From contig CAVQUB010000005.1 in NCBI GenBank assembly GCA_963716725.1, forward strand, positions 448,001 through 512,000: a DNA stretch of 64,000 nt. Reading direction: 5' to 3'. Positions 9,582 through 20,781 of this stretch are shown here, one piece after another. The DNA comes from an uncultured delta proteobacterium. Lineage in GTDB: Bacteria > Myxococcota_A > Polyangia > Polyangiales > Polyangiaceae. Numbering within the stretch: the first letter of the stretch is position 1; every line of letters begins with the position of its first letter. A model generated the notes under the pieces. The model did no database searches. It saw only the letters and a list, made by a program, of their open reading frames with translations, and was not told the DNA's origin. The position numbers were made by a program, and so were the translations under genes.

Positions 9582-10093
9582 GCAGAAAAGATCTCTTGGA
9601 TCTCACCTTCGATGCTGGCGGCGGTCACCTTCTTCGCCAGCGCGAGCTCCTGGATCAACAGCGATCGGGCCTGATCGAGCAAGCGTCGCTCGCCGAAGGA
9701 GAGATCTTTGTCGAACTTGAGCCGGTACATGTCGCGCAGCACCTTGGCGATCTCGGCGGGCAGCCCGCTCTTCAGCATCTCGGTATACGCACGGAAGCGT
9801 CGGTTCCAAGGCTGGACGTCCACTGCGACTTCCGGCGCACGCAAGATGTCCAGGATCTTTTCGGCTTCCTTCTTCTTCATGACCGCACGAAGTCCCACGC
9901 GGGACGCAGCCTCGGTGGGCACCATCACCTTCAGATCCGAATCGACGATCTTCAGGACGTAGCAAGTCGTGCGATGTCCTCCGAAGTCTTTTTCCTCGAG
10001 CTGAACAACTTCACCAACCCCGTGCGAAGGATGCACGGCCCGGTCACCAACTTTGAAACTGGGCGCGATCGAACCATTAACCTGCGACTGCAT
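9578..10093 (-). CDS. cdnL: CarD-family RNA polymerase-binding factor (CdnL-like)
   Basis: FKVGDRAVHPSHGVG, WNRRFRAY, LSFGERRLLDQAR; GGAG RBS before ATG 10093. Confidence 0.9.
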   Translation of the reverse strand: MQSQVNGSIAPSFKVGDRAVHPSHGVGEVVQLEEKDFGGHRTTCYVLKIVDSDLKVMVPTEAASRVGLRAVMKKKEAEKILDILRAPEVAVDVQPWNRRFRAYTEMLKSGLPAEIAKVLRDMYRLKFDKDLSFGERRLLDQARSLLIQELALAKKVTAASIEGEIQEIFSA

Positions 10094-10220
10094 GTCCACT
10101 CCTGCTCGGCTCGTCGGGGTCCCCCTGAACGACAAGTCGGTGGCGCTTACTACGAGCAGACTGCCCGGGTCAATCACGACGCGCCCTCGGCCGAGAAATG
10201 GGTCGGCAAAGCCAGCGGGA

Positions 10221-11243
10221 TCAAGGCAAGTCGGTGCTCTTCTCAGTCGGAGGCTTCAAGTCCAGGATTTCCCAGACTTCGGCCATCACCGCGGCTCGCA
10301 AGCCCTGCGCCAGGGGCAAAGCGTCCACCTCGACGCTCAGGCGCACGGAGTCTGGGGTCGCAACCACCGTGGGAGGCGCAGCCTGGTCGAGCCCCAGGAG
10401 CTTCCCGAGACCGCTCCGGCTCAGATCCTCCCAGGCTAGCCCCACCTGCGTCGTGGGATCGACTTCGGCTGAGCCAAAGCTGCCCGAGATGACCACCACC
10501 GCAGAGAGGCGACCGTCGGCGGCCGGGCGCACGGCGATGGCGACCGCTGTGGCTGCCACGAGCAGGCCGCGGGCACCCCGGGTCCACTCCCCGCTGAAAG
10601 GCCCCGGAGCATAGAAACGCACGGGCGCCGACTCGAGGTCTTTGATCGGAAGCGACGACAGGGCCGAGCCTCGAAGCGCAGACGGAGACTTGGTGAGCTT
10701 CTTGCGCGCATAGAGCTCGACGACTCGAGCGGGCAGCGCCGAGCCGACGGAGACCGCGACCAGCCGTTCATCGACGCGCACCATGGTCTCCGGGGTCTGA
10801 CCCACGACGCCCGACAGCCGATGGATGCGCGGGTGAGGGCGGGCAACGCGAACTCCAGCCAGCAGTCGCTCGGCGAAGCGCTCCTCGGCGAGCGTCGAGC
10901 GCGAGCGCGAGTCAGCGACGTAAAGCGTCGCGTGATCGAAACCGGCGACGAGCCCGGCGTCGAGCGTGCGCAGATCGACGCCGCTCGACTTCGAGAACGC
11001 GTCGAGGCGTTCTTTTGGCAGGAGCAGATCGATGGCCCGGGCCAGCGCGGGGTCCGACGCGATCTCTTTGGGGCGTCCCAAGACCATCCAGCGCAGCCCG
11101 GCCGATGGCACGTAGTCGCTGAGGGGCCCGTCGTGCAGCGGTGGTGCTTCGGAGGTTGCGCTCTTGGGCGGTGGGGGCGTCGCGCCGCCGCCGCAGCCGA
11201 GGGTGAGGACCGCAGCCAGGCACAGCGCGCCGAGCGCCTTCAC
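10221..11243 (-). CDS. Hypothetical lipoprotein
   Basis: GTG start overlaps the tyrS TGA; signal [17 protein letters not shown]. Confidence 0.7.
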   Translation of the reverse strand: MKALGALCLAAVLTLGCGGGATPPPPKSATSEAPPLHDGPLSDYVPSAGLRWMVLGRPKEIASDPALARAIDLLLPKERLDAFSKSSGVDLRTLDAGLVAGFDHATLYVADSRSRSTLAEERFAERLLAGVRVARPHPRIHRLSGVVGQTPETMVRVDERLVAVSVGSALPARVVELYARKKLTKSPSALRGSALSSLPIKDLESAPVRFYAPGPFSGEWTRGARGLLVAATAVAIAVRPAADGRLSAVVVISGSFGSAEVDPTTQVGLAWEDLSRSGLGKLLGLDQAAPPTVVATPDSVRLSVEVDALPLAQGLRAAVMAEVWEILDLKPPTEKSTDLP

Positions 11244-12460
11244 GGGGCGACCCGGATCCGACAGAAGCGGCGGTTCTTGGAGCCGACCCGGACCAGGTAG
11301 CTGCCACCCGCGTCCAGGGCGTGCAGCCCGTCCTTCACGACGCTGCCGTCGACCTCCACGCCGCCGCCTTGAATCAAGCGTCGGCCCTCGCCGTTGGAGC
11401 TGGCCAGCCCCGCCTGGGCCAGCGCCTTGGCGAGCAGCAGCTTGCCGCCCTGCGACGGGAGCTCGGTCTCCGGCACTTCGTCCGGCACGCCGTCGCCCAG
11501 GTAGGTCGCTCGGAAGGTCGCTTCCGCGCTCGTCGCCGCTTCCGCGCTGTGGAAGCGCGAGACGACCTCGGTAGCGAAGGCCGCCTTGGCCGCGATCGGA
11601 TCGCCGCCCTCGCGCAGAGCCGCGATTTCCAGCGACGTGCGGGCCGACAAGAGCTCGAAGAAGCGCCAGATCACCTGGTCGCCAATCTGCATGCACTTGC
11701 GGAACATCGTGACCGGCGCCTCGGTGAGGCCCACGTAGTTGTCCGCGGACTTGCTCATCTTCTTGCCGACCACCCGGCCATCTTCGATGCGTGCGTCGAT
11801 GCCTTCGAGGATCGGCGTGGTCAGCACCAGCTGTGGCTTCTTGCCGTAGCGCTGCATCAGATCGCGGCCGACCATCAGGTTGAAGAGCTGATCGGTTCCT
11901 CCCAGCTCGACGTCGGATTCTAGCGCCACCGAGTCGTAGCCCTGCAGCAGCGGGTACAGCAGCTCGTGCAGGTAGATGTCCCTGTGCTGGTCGAGGCGCT
12001 CACGGAAGTCCCGTCGCTCGAGGGTTCTGGCGACCGTGCGCTTGGCAGCGAGCTCGACCAGTTTGTCGAGCGAAAGACCGGCGAGCCACTCGCTGTTGTA
12101 CCGAACCACCGTCTTGTCCGGGTCCAGCACTCTAAAGGCCTGTTCTTGATAGGTTTTCGCCGAGGCGAGGACCTCGTCGCGGGTCAGCTGCGGGCGCATC
12201 TCGTTCTGCCCCGTGGGATCACCGACCATCGCGGTGAAGTCGCCGATCAAGAACGTCACCTCGTGACCAAAGTCCTGGAACTGACGCATCTTCTGGAGCA
12301 AGACGGTGTGCCCGAGGTGCAGATCGGGACGGGTCGGATCGAACCCCGTCTTGATCTTCAGCGGTCGTCCTTCGCGCAGGCGATCGAGCAGCTCGTCTCG
12401 CTGGACGAGATCCACGACCCCACGGGTCAGCTCAGTGAACTGTTCTTCGGCGCTGGCCAT
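11240..12460 (-). CDS. tyrS: Tyrosine--tRNA ligase
   Basis: [13 protein letters not shown] (HIGH), [22 protein letters not shown]-terminal S4 domain. Confidence 0.98.
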   Translation of the reverse strand: MASAEEQFTELTRGVVDLVQRDELLDRLREGRPLKIKTGFDPTRPDLHLGHTVLLQKMRQFQDFGHEVTFLIGDFTAMVGDPTGQNEMRPQLTRDEVLASAKTYQEQAFRVLDPDKTVVRYNSEWLAGLSLDKLVELAAKRTVARTLERRDFRERLDQHRDIYLHELLYPLLQGYDSVALESDVELGGTDQLFNLMVGRDLMQRYGKKPQLVLTTPILEGIDARIEDGRVVGKKMSKSADNYVGLTEAPVTMFRKCMQIGDQVIWRFFELLSARTSLEIAALREGGDPIAAKAAFATEVVSRFHSAEAATSAEATFRATYLGDGVPDEVPETELPSQGGKLLLAKALAQAGLASSNGEGRRLIQGGGVEVDGSVVKDGLHALDAGGSYLVRVGSKNRRFCRIRVAP

Positions 12461-12538
12461 ACGAAAGCCTCCGGAAGGAGAGTGATTTCTCGCTCTCCTT
12501 GCCGCGTCCTCGCCGGGAAAGCTACTCGGGAAGCGCGC

Positions 12539-12865
12539 TCAATCGTCGTCGTCGTCGCTGTCGTCGCCGCCGCTGATCGCGGTGTGTCGGCTCGCGTTCA
12601 CGAGCTCTTTGAGTTCTTTGCCGACCTTGAAGAACGGCAAGCGCTTCGCCGGAACGGGAACCGGCTGGCCGGTGCGCGGGTTGCGGCCGTCGTAGGGTTT
12701 GTACGGGCGCACCGTGAAGCTCCCGAAGCCCCTGATTTCAATGCCTTCGCCTTTCTGCAAGGCCTCGGTCATCGCGTCGAAGACGCAATTGACGACCATC
12801 TCGGCGCGGGCCTTGGTGAGCTCCCCACGGGCTGCGATGGCTTCGATGAGCTCGCTCTTGGTCAT
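12539..12865 (-). CDS. ihfB: Integration host factor beta / HU-family DNA-binding protein
   Basis: MTKSELIE...IEIRGFGSF...GRNPRTG...PFFKVGKELKELVN, with an acidic tail. Confidence 0.9.
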   Translation of the reverse strand: MTKSELIEAIAARGELTKARAEMVVNCVFDAMTEALQKGEGIEIRGFGSFTVRPYKPYDGRNPRTGQPVPVPAKRLPFFKVGKELKELVNASRHTAISGGDDSDDDDD

Positions 12866-12941
12866 GCCCCTCGAGCCTCCTCCGGAAAGCCCGATGTTTT
12901 GCCCTAACGCCTCAATTGTCAACGCCTTTTCGTGGCGGAAC

Positions 12942-14906
12942 CTAGCGGGCCACGGGCCGGAGGGCCAGTTCGTCCAGGACCAGGAGGTCTCCGGCCGCGG
13001 CAATTCGCAGCCGGAAAGGCCCTTTGTCCAGCAGGATCGGGGGCCCGGACGCCTCGAAGCACTCGCCGGCCCGAGCGCCCCACCGAGCGGTCCAGGAGAC
13101 GCCCCCGGCGGCGAGGTCGGCGTTCGCGGGGCCGTCCCGAAGGGGTACCCAGCGGGACACGACCTGGTAGCTCCCGGCCCTGTCGGTCATCAGCTCGAGA
13201 TCGACGTCGGCGTTCACCAGCGCGAGGCCGTAGCCACCGCCGGCGCAGGTCGCCCCCGGGTAGGCGGGGTGCGCGTAGCCGCGCCGCACCGCGAGCGGCG
13301 GCCACTCGGCGCCGGCCTCGACCTCCCGGCTCTCATGGGGCAGGTAGGGTTCGAGCCGCGGCGGCGCCGCGCGGGGGCTGGCGTCGAAGATGTATCGGAA
13401 CGTCGGCGGACGGCCCAGTGCGTCGAAGAGAAGCCAGTCGTGCGCATCGTCGCGGAAGCGAGCGACCACCAGCCCGCGGGTGGCGTCCCGGGCGCCGGGC
13501 GCCAGGCCCAGGTTCAATCCGTGATCGGTGTTCACGAGCACGAGCCCACGGGTCACGCCGGCGTGCTGCAAGACCTTCGGCTCGAACATGGGTCGTCCAC
13601 CTTCGCGATCGCGCAGCGACTCGTGCATGCGGCTCGCGTGAACGCCGAACGCGATGCACATTGCTCCCGGTGCGAAGCGTGCGAGTCGCAGGCGCATGAG
13701 CCCCCACGCGACCAGCGCGTGCTCGACGGGCAAAGCCTCGGCGTAGAGTCGGGCTCCACCGCCGGGGTAGTTGCCATCGAAGTAGAACGGCGCGTAGGCC
13801 GCTATCACTGCCAGCAGCACCAAGCCGGAGAGACGAACAGCGCGCTCGCGGCGCCCGATGAAGAGCGAAACGGGGACCAGCGCGTAGAGCGGCCATGCGT
13901 TGAGCAGATCGCCGAAGTGCATCCAGAGTCGCCGCGACGTGGTCCCGAGCACGGACGCCAGGTCATGGCCCCGGGCAAGCCGCTCGCGCACGAAGTCGCC
14001 GTGCTCGAACACACAGCCGATGCCCTTGCCGAATCCATAGCGAAAGCAGCCCGGGGGGCCGTCGGCGAGGGCGTAGTACCGAAGCTGCGTCGAGGCGAGC
14101 CACGACCCGGTGGCGGCGTGCTGGTGCAAGGCGAGCAGCGCGAGTCCGGGCACTGCCCCGGCCGCGAGCAGCGCGAGGTCGACGCGACGACGCCGACCAC
14201 AGATCGAGGCGGCGAAGAGCGCAGCCACGACGCCCGTCACCGGTCGTGTCGCGATAAGCCAACCCAGCGCGAGCCCGGCGACGAGGGTCCAGCGCCTCCC
14301 CTTCAGCGATCCGAGCAGCGTCGCCGAAAACAGGATCGCTGCCCAGCCGTGGGACATGGTGTCGGCGGTGTGGTAGCGCAGCGCCGCGCAGAGCACTGAG
14401 AGCGTCGCGGCGAGCAGCGCGACGTCGTCTCTGCCGAAGAGTTCGCGCGCCAGCGCGTAGGTGACCCAGACCAAGAGTGCCGCGAGCACCGGACCGACCG
14501 CGAGGGGCGCGCCGACCAAGAACCCGATCGAGAGCAGGGCCGGGTAGCCCGGCGGGAAGAGCACCGTGAGCGTGGTCGCTTCGGGGGGAGTGAGCAGAAA
14601 CCGACCGCGGAACGAGCCTGAGGGATCCGGGACCGGAAAAGCGAAGTACCCTTCGGAGAGCGCCCGCGCCTCGAGAAAATAGCTCGTCGCGTCGATGATG
14701 CGTGGTCCACCCTTCAGGTAGTGGAGCAGGTAGCCCGTCGAGAGCAGCGTCGCTGTCAGCGCCAGCAGGCCGAGCGTGAGTCGAGGACGCGCGCGCACGA
14801 GCCTCGCGATGGGCTCTGCCCCCAGTCGTCCGGCGGCGACGGCGCCGAGACCCGCGAGCATGATCGCCCACGGAAGGCCTTCTCGCGGCAATCCGAAGGT
14901 GTCCAT
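12942..14906 (-). CDS. Multi-pass membrane protein, putative GT-C (PMT-like) glycosyltransferase
   Basis: IIDATSYFLEAR after TM1, FPPGYPALL, ATRP, GARLYAE; many TM segments; probable ATG at 14906. Confidence 0.65.
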   Translation of the reverse strand: MDTFGLPREGLPWAIMLAGLGAVAAGRLGAEPIARLVRARPRLTLGLLALTATLLSTGYLLHYLKGGPRIIDATSYFLEARALSEGYFAFPVPDPSGSFRGRFLLTPPEATTLTVLFPPGYPALLSIGFLVGAPLAVGPVLAALLVWVTYALARELFGRDDVALLAATLSVLCAALRYHTADTMSHGWAAILFSATLLGSLKGRRWTLVAGLALGWLIATRPVTGVVAALFAASICGRRRRVDLALLAAGAVPGLALLALHQHAATGSWLASTQLRYYALADGPPGCFRYGFGKGIGCVFEHGDFVRERLARGHDLASVLGTTSRRLWMHFGDLLNAWPLYALVPVSLFIGRRERAVRLSGLVLLAVIAAYAPFYFDGNYPGGGARLYAEALPVEHALVAWGLMRLRLARFAPGAMCIAFGVHASRMHESLRDREGGRPMFEPKVLQHAGVTRGLVLVNTDHGLNLGLAPGARDATRGLVVARFRDDAHDWLLFDALGRPPTFRYIFDASPRAAPPRLEPYLPHESREVEAGAEWPPLAVRRGYAHPAYPGATCAGGGYGLALVNADVDLELMTDRAGSYQVVSRWVPLRDGPANADLAAGGVSWTARWGARAGECFEASGPPILLDKGPFRLRIAAAGDLLVLDELALRPVAR

Positions 14907-14910
14907 GACA

Positions 14911-17070
14911 TCAGCGTGGCTGAACCAGCCAGAGGTGATGGAGCGCGTGCTCGCCTTCGATGGCTTCCACCTCGACGGGCAGGCGCGCCTCGGCGAGGTC
15001 AGCGGGTAGCTCGAGGCCCAGCTCGATGAACCCATCGGCATGCTCGAAGGCGAGCTCACCCACAGGTCGATCGCCGATCTTCACCGCCAGCCGTCCGCGC
15101 CGTGGCGGAGCCATGCGCACGATGATCCGTGCCGAACGCCCCCTTTCGGGCCCGCGGAGGTCGAAACGTGCCCTGTGCCCCTGGGGAACGATCCGTCCGG
15201 CGTCGAACAAGTCGCGGTGCGGCTCCCGAGGGTGAGCCAAGCGCTTCATCTCGACGTGGGGGATCCCAATCGTGGTCGAGTAGGCATGCTCGCGCTCACT
15301 GACCACGTCGGCTAGATCGAGCTCGTCCACCACTGACTCGCGATCACCCAGGGAAAATGGCTTGTCGCTCCCGTCGAGGGCGCTCCAATCCGGTCGATAC
15401 AGGACCTTCGCCGCTCCGCCGCAGATCACGTTTCCGGTGACCGGGACCTCGCCTATCACCTGGCCGAACCAGAGCGGGAGCACGCCCCACCACGACGGGT
15501 AGAGGGCCATGATGTCCGGCCGCTCACCGGGCGGCATACGCTCGATGAGCTCGACCGCGGCGCCAACGCCCTGACGAGTGGCGCGGGCGAAGGGCAGTCC
15601 GTGCATGCCGCCGAGCCCGATGATGTCGAGGGCGGGTAGATCCGCGGCGTAGGGGATGGCGCCCGCGTCACCGAGCAGCACGCGGCGAGGAGGCGTGGGC
15701 CGCATGTCGCGCAGCAGTCGTCCGGTGCGGATGTGCTGGTCGCGGATGTTGCGCGATGCGCGGCCGAAGAACCAAACCTGATCCCGGAACTTGGGTCGGT
15801 GCAGGACCGCAAAGGTGCCCGCTGCGGACAACGCCAGCGAGGCCAGGACCACGCGCAGCACCACCCCGCGCCGGCCGAGAGCGAGCGTCTTCGTCACCGC
15901 CGCTCCCAGGCCGAGACAGGCGGCCAGGAGCACCCAGCTCAGAGCAGGCATCGTGTAGCGCTCGTTCTGCCAGCGCACCTGACCGTTCAGCGCCACCATC
16001 AGCACCCAGCAGATCGCGCTGGCCCAGAGCAGCAACGCCCAGCGACGAGTCTCACCAAAGGCGAGCGCGAGGGCGCCCAGCGCGAACGGCACGTAGCCCA
16101 CGGCGAAGGTGCCGCTGAGGTGGTACTCGGCGACCCGGCGTACCTGGTACTCGACGTGGAACTTCCAGGCGTTGTAGGCCTCAATGGCGCTCAGGTGCGG
16201 GTGGTGGAGTTCGAGCTTCACCAGGGCGCCGGCGGCAGTGGCGTCGCCCGTGAGGATCTTGTTCGCGAGGGTCTGCGCGACGAGGACGGCGGCGGCCGGA
16301 GCGCCGGCGATGATCGAAACCCAGAGCGCGCGTCGGGTCCCCAACGATCTTCTCACCGACCACCCCGCCGAGAGCGCGAAGACTGCGACGACCACCGCGG
16401 CCTCGGGCCGCGTCGCCACCAGCACGGCGCACCAGAAGCCGAGCAGCCCCGTCGCCAGCCACGGCCTCGCGGGCGCGCTCGAGCCCGGCACGCCGCGAGT
16501 GAGGTCGTCCCACGCGATCAGGGCCGCTCCCCAGACCGCCAAGAAGAACGCCACCTCCATGCCGCTGAACAAGCTCCACGCCAAGACGCCGATCCCCAGG
16601 AGCGCCGGCGGTACGAGGTAGCTCGTCGCGTTTGGCAGATCGCGGAACAGCCTGCGCGCAGCGAGCAAGAGCGCGAAGGTGGACACACACGCGATGACGC
16701 CTGCCCACACCATCAGCGAGAGCTTGCGGAAGCCGATCAGGTAGCCGAGCGACAGGACGAAGGGGTAGAGCAGGCTCGTGCCGCCGCTCGAGTAGCCGTT
16801 GCCCTCGGACCACTGAAAGGGATGGCCGCGGGCGCTGGCGCGGGCAAAGTCGAAGTGAATGAAGACGTCGTCCAGCGGACCGGACCAGTCGTTCGGGGAC
16901 GCCAAGGCTTGTCCCGAGGTGTAGAGGATCTGCTGGCGCATCGACCCATAGAACAGACACGCGACCCACAGCGTCGCCACGCCGGCCCACAAGGCATAGA
17001 CGGCGCGCTCTGCGCCTGCGCCGAGCCAGCGCGGAGCGTGACGGTCCCCGCTGGGTCGAGCCGCATCCAT
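14911..17070 (-). CDS. Multi-pass membrane protein, putative GT-C glycosyltransferase
   Basis: PLDDVFIHFDFAR, GGTSLLYP, SGMEVA, TRPE, DAGAIPY...DIIGL motifs. Confidence 0.7.
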   Translation of the reverse strand: MDAARPSGDRHAPRWLGAGAERAVYALWAGVATLWVACLFYGSMRQQILYTSGQALASPNDWSGPLDDVFIHFDFARASARGHPFQWSEGNGYSSGGTSLLYPFVLSLGYLIGFRKLSLMVWAGVIACVSTFALLLAARRLFRDLPNATSYLVPPALLGIGVLAWSLFSGMEVAFFLAVWGAALIAWDDLTRGVPGSSAPARPWLATGLLGFWCAVLVATRPEAAVVVAVFALSAGWSVRRSLGTRRALWVSIIAGAPAAAVLVAQTLANKILTGDATAAGALVKLELHHPHLSAIEAYNAWKFHVEYQVRRVAEYHLSGTFAVGYVPFALGALALAFGETRRWALLLWASAICWVLMVALNGQVRWQNERYTMPALSWVLLAACLGLGAAVTKTLALGRRGVVLRVVLASLALSAAGTFAVLHRPKFRDQVWFFGRASRNIRDQHIRTGRLLRDMRPTPPRRVLLGDAGAIPYAADLPALDIIGLGGMHGLPFARATRQGVGAAVELIERMPPGERPDIMALYPSWWGVLPLWFGQVIGEVPVTGNVICGGAAKVLYRPDWSALDGSDKPFSLGDRESVVDELDLADVVSEREHAYSTTIGIPHVEMKRLAHPREPHRDLFDAGRIVPQGHRARFDLRGPERGRSARIIVRMAPPRRGRLAVKIGDRPVGELAFEHADGFIELGLELPADLAEARLPVEVEAIEGEHALHHLWLVQPR

Positions 17071-17234
17071 CGCGGCCGCTTCTAGCATTTGGGCTTGGAC
17101 GAAGGCCGTGGTGGCGGTTCTGGCTGAGAAATCGAGGCTTGCCCGGAGGCGACGGAGGCGCTCTACTACCTGCCTCCCCAAGCAATTCCTGCTTTGGACT
17201 GCACTTCCTCCACCCCCCGCTTCGCCGGATGACG

Positions 17235-19166
17235 ATGCGCTGGTTCATAGAGGTGTCTCGCCTCGGCGAGGACACACCTCTCGAAAAATACTGCCTCGAG
17301 GCCAAGCAGTGGCAAGCCGCGCTTCAAGAAGCGCGGAAGCGTCGCGGTGACACCGGGCCGCTCTCGAAGTTCTCCATCGAGCTGCTCGAGCACGGCTACC
17401 GCGCCGTCGATCCGAGCCAGAAGATCCGCTACCTCGTCAACAAAGCGCCGCCGGACGCCTCCCTTTCGCAGCCGCCGCCGCCTGGCCCCGGCCCCGCCGC
17501 CGCGCCGGGCTCGTTCCCCACGCCGACGGTCCTCAGCGAGCCGGTGATCAAGTCAACGGAGGACGTCGCGGCCTCCACCGATCCCATGGCGTCGCCGGCT
17601 CCTCACAGCGATCCCCTCGCGTCGGCGCCGAAGACCGATCCCATGGCCGCGCTGCCGCCGGAGTCCCACGCGCCGCGCACCGATCCACTGCCGCAGCCGC
17701 CGCCCATCCCGCCGGACGAAGTGCCGCCCATCGGCGCTGGCACGCCCTCGTCGACGACGCAGCCGATGTCCGCGCTGGGGTCGCCCTCGGAGCCGCCGCG
17801 GCCTGCCATCCACATGACCCAGCGCAGCATCGAGGCCGCGCGCGAGCCGGATTTCCAGGTCGTCAAGAAGCGTGAAGAAGAGCCGACCGATAAGACGCCG
17901 ATGCTCTATCGCGAGTACGCCTACGCGGTCAGGCCGGGCACCGAGCGCGCGAGCACCGAGGTCCTGCTGTGGCTTCGCTTCCGCGAGCTCCGCACGGCGC
18001 TCGAGCAGCGATCCGAGCGTAAGTTCATCCAGCTGGCCGTCTTCGACCACGTCTTCGAGAAGAAGCCCGCGCGCGCGCCCATCGCCACGCTGATGTGGAA
18101 GGACTGGCGGGGCGACGCGGTTGTCCAGTTCCCGGATCCGGACGGGCCCGTGATCTCAATGGCGCCGCCGGCGGTGACTGCGCCGCCACCGGCGGCGGAG
18201 GCCGCGGTGACGCTGCCGCCGACCAACGTCGTGTCGATAGAGCCCGCGCCGGTTGCTCTGACGGAGCCTGGGGCGCCGCCGACCATTCTGACCGCCCCGC
18301 AGCAGGACCCGGCGCCCGCCGTCTCGCAACCCTTCGCGCCCGCGCCCTCATCACCCACCGCGTCGCAGCGCCCGCTCGCGGAAGAGGTCCTGGGGTCCGC
18401 CTCCGTCGCACCGACCGCTCCAGGTGCCGAGCCCGCTCCCTCGGGTCCGGTCACGACTCCGCTCACACCCGGACCGGCCGCGGCGGCTCAGCCGGTCCCC
18501 GTGGAGGCTGCGAAGCCAGCGCCCACACCATCGGCGCCGCCACCGCCGTCGGAACCCGCGAAGCCCGCGCCCGCGCCCGCCGCTGCAGCGGAACCGCCCG
18601 CTCCGACCCCGGCCACCGCGCCGCTCAAGCGCCGCGCGGATGAAGATCTGATCGGCGAGCTCTTCGAGTCGATGCACGATCTGCATTTCATGCCGGACAT
18701 GATGAGCGGCGTGGAGTTCGTGCTCGGCATCCTGAACAAGACGCTGCCGAGCGAGGCCGTGCTGATCCACGTCTTCGACATCAATCTGCGCCAGTTCGTG
18801 GTGGTCCGCGCCTTCGGCGCGTCCCCGCAAGCCGTGACGCTGCATCGGACGCCAGACCGCGAACCAATGTTCCAGCGCGTGATGCGAGGCACCCGCTCGG
18901 TCGTCACGAAGAACGCCTCCAGCGAAGCGGCATACCGCGCCGAGCGCTGGGGGCTGCTGAACGTCCTGCCCGAGGTCGCCATCGTCGGGCCGGTTCAGCA
19001 GCAGGGTCGCTTCCTCGGAGCCATCGAGTTGGCCAACCCACTGGGCGGGGGCGCCTACACCGAGCACGAGTCCCACGCACTCGACTACATTTGCGAGCAG
19101 CTCGCCGACTTCTTGGCAGCGCGGCCCATCATCGTCGATGCCGACGTGGTGCTCGGCAAGCACTGA
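17235..19166 (+). CDS. Pro-rich signalling protein with C-terminal GAF domain
   Basis: Pro/Ala-rich linkers; C-terminal IVGPVQQQGRFLGAIELAN...YTEHESHALDYICEQLA is GAF-like. Confidence 0.75.
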   Translation: MRWFIEVSRLGEDTPLEKYCLEAKQWQAALQEARKRRGDTGPLSKFSIELLEHGYRAVDPSQKIRYLVNKAPPDASLSQPPPPGPGPAAAPGSFPTPTVLSEPVIKSTEDVAASTDPMASPAPHSDPLASAPKTDPMAALPPESHAPRTDPLPQPPPIPPDEVPPIGAGTPSSTTQPMSALGSPSEPPRPAIHMTQRSIEAAREPDFQVVKKREEEPTDKTPMLYREYAYAVRPGTERASTEVLLWLRFRELRTALEQRSERKFIQLAVFDHVFEKKPARAPIATLMWKDWRGDAVVQFPDPDGPVISMAPPAVTAPPPAAEAAVTLPPTNVVSIEPAPVALTEPGAPPTILTAPQQDPAPAVSQPFAPAPSSPTASQRPLAEEVLGSASVAPTAPGAEPAPSGPVTTPLTPGPAAAAQPVPVEAAKPAPTPSAPPPPSEPAKPAPAPAAAAEPPAPTPATAPLKRRADEDLIGELFESMHDLHFMPDMMSGVEFVLGILNKTLPSEAVLIHVFDINLRQFVVVRAFGASPQAVTLHRTPDREPMFQRVMRGTRSVVTKNASSEAAYRAERWGLLNVLPEVAIVGPVQQQGRFLGAIELANPLGGGAYTEHESHALDYICEQLADFLAARPIIVDADVVLGKH

Positions 19167-19184
19167 ATGTGTGTTTGAAGGGCC

Positions 19185-20778
19185 ATGGCCGTCCGGACCC
19201 GGCGCGAGCGTGTCCTCACGTTCTTCTTCGTTCCGGCGCTCGTCTTCGCCGTGATCGTCCTGCTCGGCGTCACCTTCAGGAACAGCTTTCAGCTCGAGAA
19301 GCTCCGCGAGCAGTCGGTCGTCGAGGCCACGCTGACGCTGGCCAACGAGAAGGCCGATCGGCTCGACAAGCGCATCATCGAACAGGACAACGCCGTTCTG
19401 TCGTTGGTGGACGTCACCGACCGCGACGGCTTTGGCCAGCAGTGGTTGAAGGTTGCGGCGCGACAGACGCCCACCATCAGCAACCTGTTTCTGGTCGACC
19501 TCGACTCGCCGGCGCAGGAGGTGGTCGCCTTCGCGACCCGCGTCCCCGCTGCAGGCCGAGGCGGAGCGCCGGGTCTTCGTCCGAGAACTCTTGCCCGAGC
19601 TGGAGCTGGGCGAACCACAGACGCAGCTCCGCCACCTGCACAAGACCGTCGACGGGCAGAGTCACCTGGTCAGTTATTGGCAGCGGGAAGCGCGTGGTCG
19701 GCGGCTCCTCTTGGCGGCCTGGCACGACGTGCCGCGAGTCGTGCACGACCTGTTTCCCGCGCTCTACTCCGAGCGTGATCAGAACACCCGCGTCAACGTG
19801 GTGGACGAGAGCTCCCGCGTGGTGTTCGGCCCGAGCCTGACCCGTGGCAGCTTCACGCTCGGTCGGCGCTTCGAGACCACGCTCTACAAATGGCGAGTCA
19901 ACGTCACCTTGGTCAGCGCTGCCGAACTCACCGAAGCGGTGGCCCGCCGCCGCACCCTCGAGCTGCTGTTGGTAGCCACGTCGTGGCTGGTCGTGCTCGT
20001 CGGGCTCACGGTCGTGCTCGTCGCCGTGGCACGAGAGCGCAAGCTCTCGAACCTGAAGAGCGACTTCGTCGCAAACGTCTCCCACGAGCTCAAGACGCCG
20101 CTCTCCTTGGTGCGAATGTTCGGTGAGCTCCTCCAGAGCGGGCGGGTCGAAAACGACGAGAAACGCGACCAATACCTCAAGATCATCGTGTCGGAGAGCG
20201 AGCGTCTGGGCTCGCTGATCGAGAACGTGCTCGACTTCGCCAAGGTCGAGCGAGGCAAGGCGGCGTACCATTTTGCGACGGCCGATGTGCGAGACGTCGT
20301 GACCCGAGCGGTGGAGGTCTGCCGTGTTCGGGCCCAACGCGAGCAGGTCGATCTGGTGCTGACGCATGCCGACGACCTCCCGCCCGCAGAGATTGACGAG
20401 CGCGCGCTGGAGATCGCCGTGATCAATCTGGTCGACAACGCGCTCAAGTACGCGCCAGACGGGCGTCGGGTTCTGGTCTCAACGCATCGCACCAATGACC
20501 ACGTCGAGATCCGGGTCGCGGACGAGGGCCCCGGAATCGCCCTGGAAGACCGCAAGCGGATCTTCGAGAGATTCGAGCGAGGACGCGGCGTGCAGTCCAA
20601 GCAGATCCGCGGCAGCGGCATCGGGCTGGCCTTGGTCAAGCACATCGCGGAGGCGCATGGGGGCCGGGCCTGGTGTGAGCCGGTGGACCCTCGGGGGAGC
20701 GCGTTTGCGCTCACCGTGAAGCTGGCCGAAAAGGGCGGACGCTCCCCGAGCATCGCGCCGCGCCCCTCCGTGGTCTGA
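19185..20778 (+). CDS. Membrane sensor histidine kinase (apparent frameshift near 19545)
   Basis: N-terminal TM in the 19185 frame; second TM, H-box NVSHELKTPL, NLVDNALKY, DEGPGI and GSGIGL in the 19453 frame. Confidence 0.88.
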
Positions 20779-20781
20779 GCG

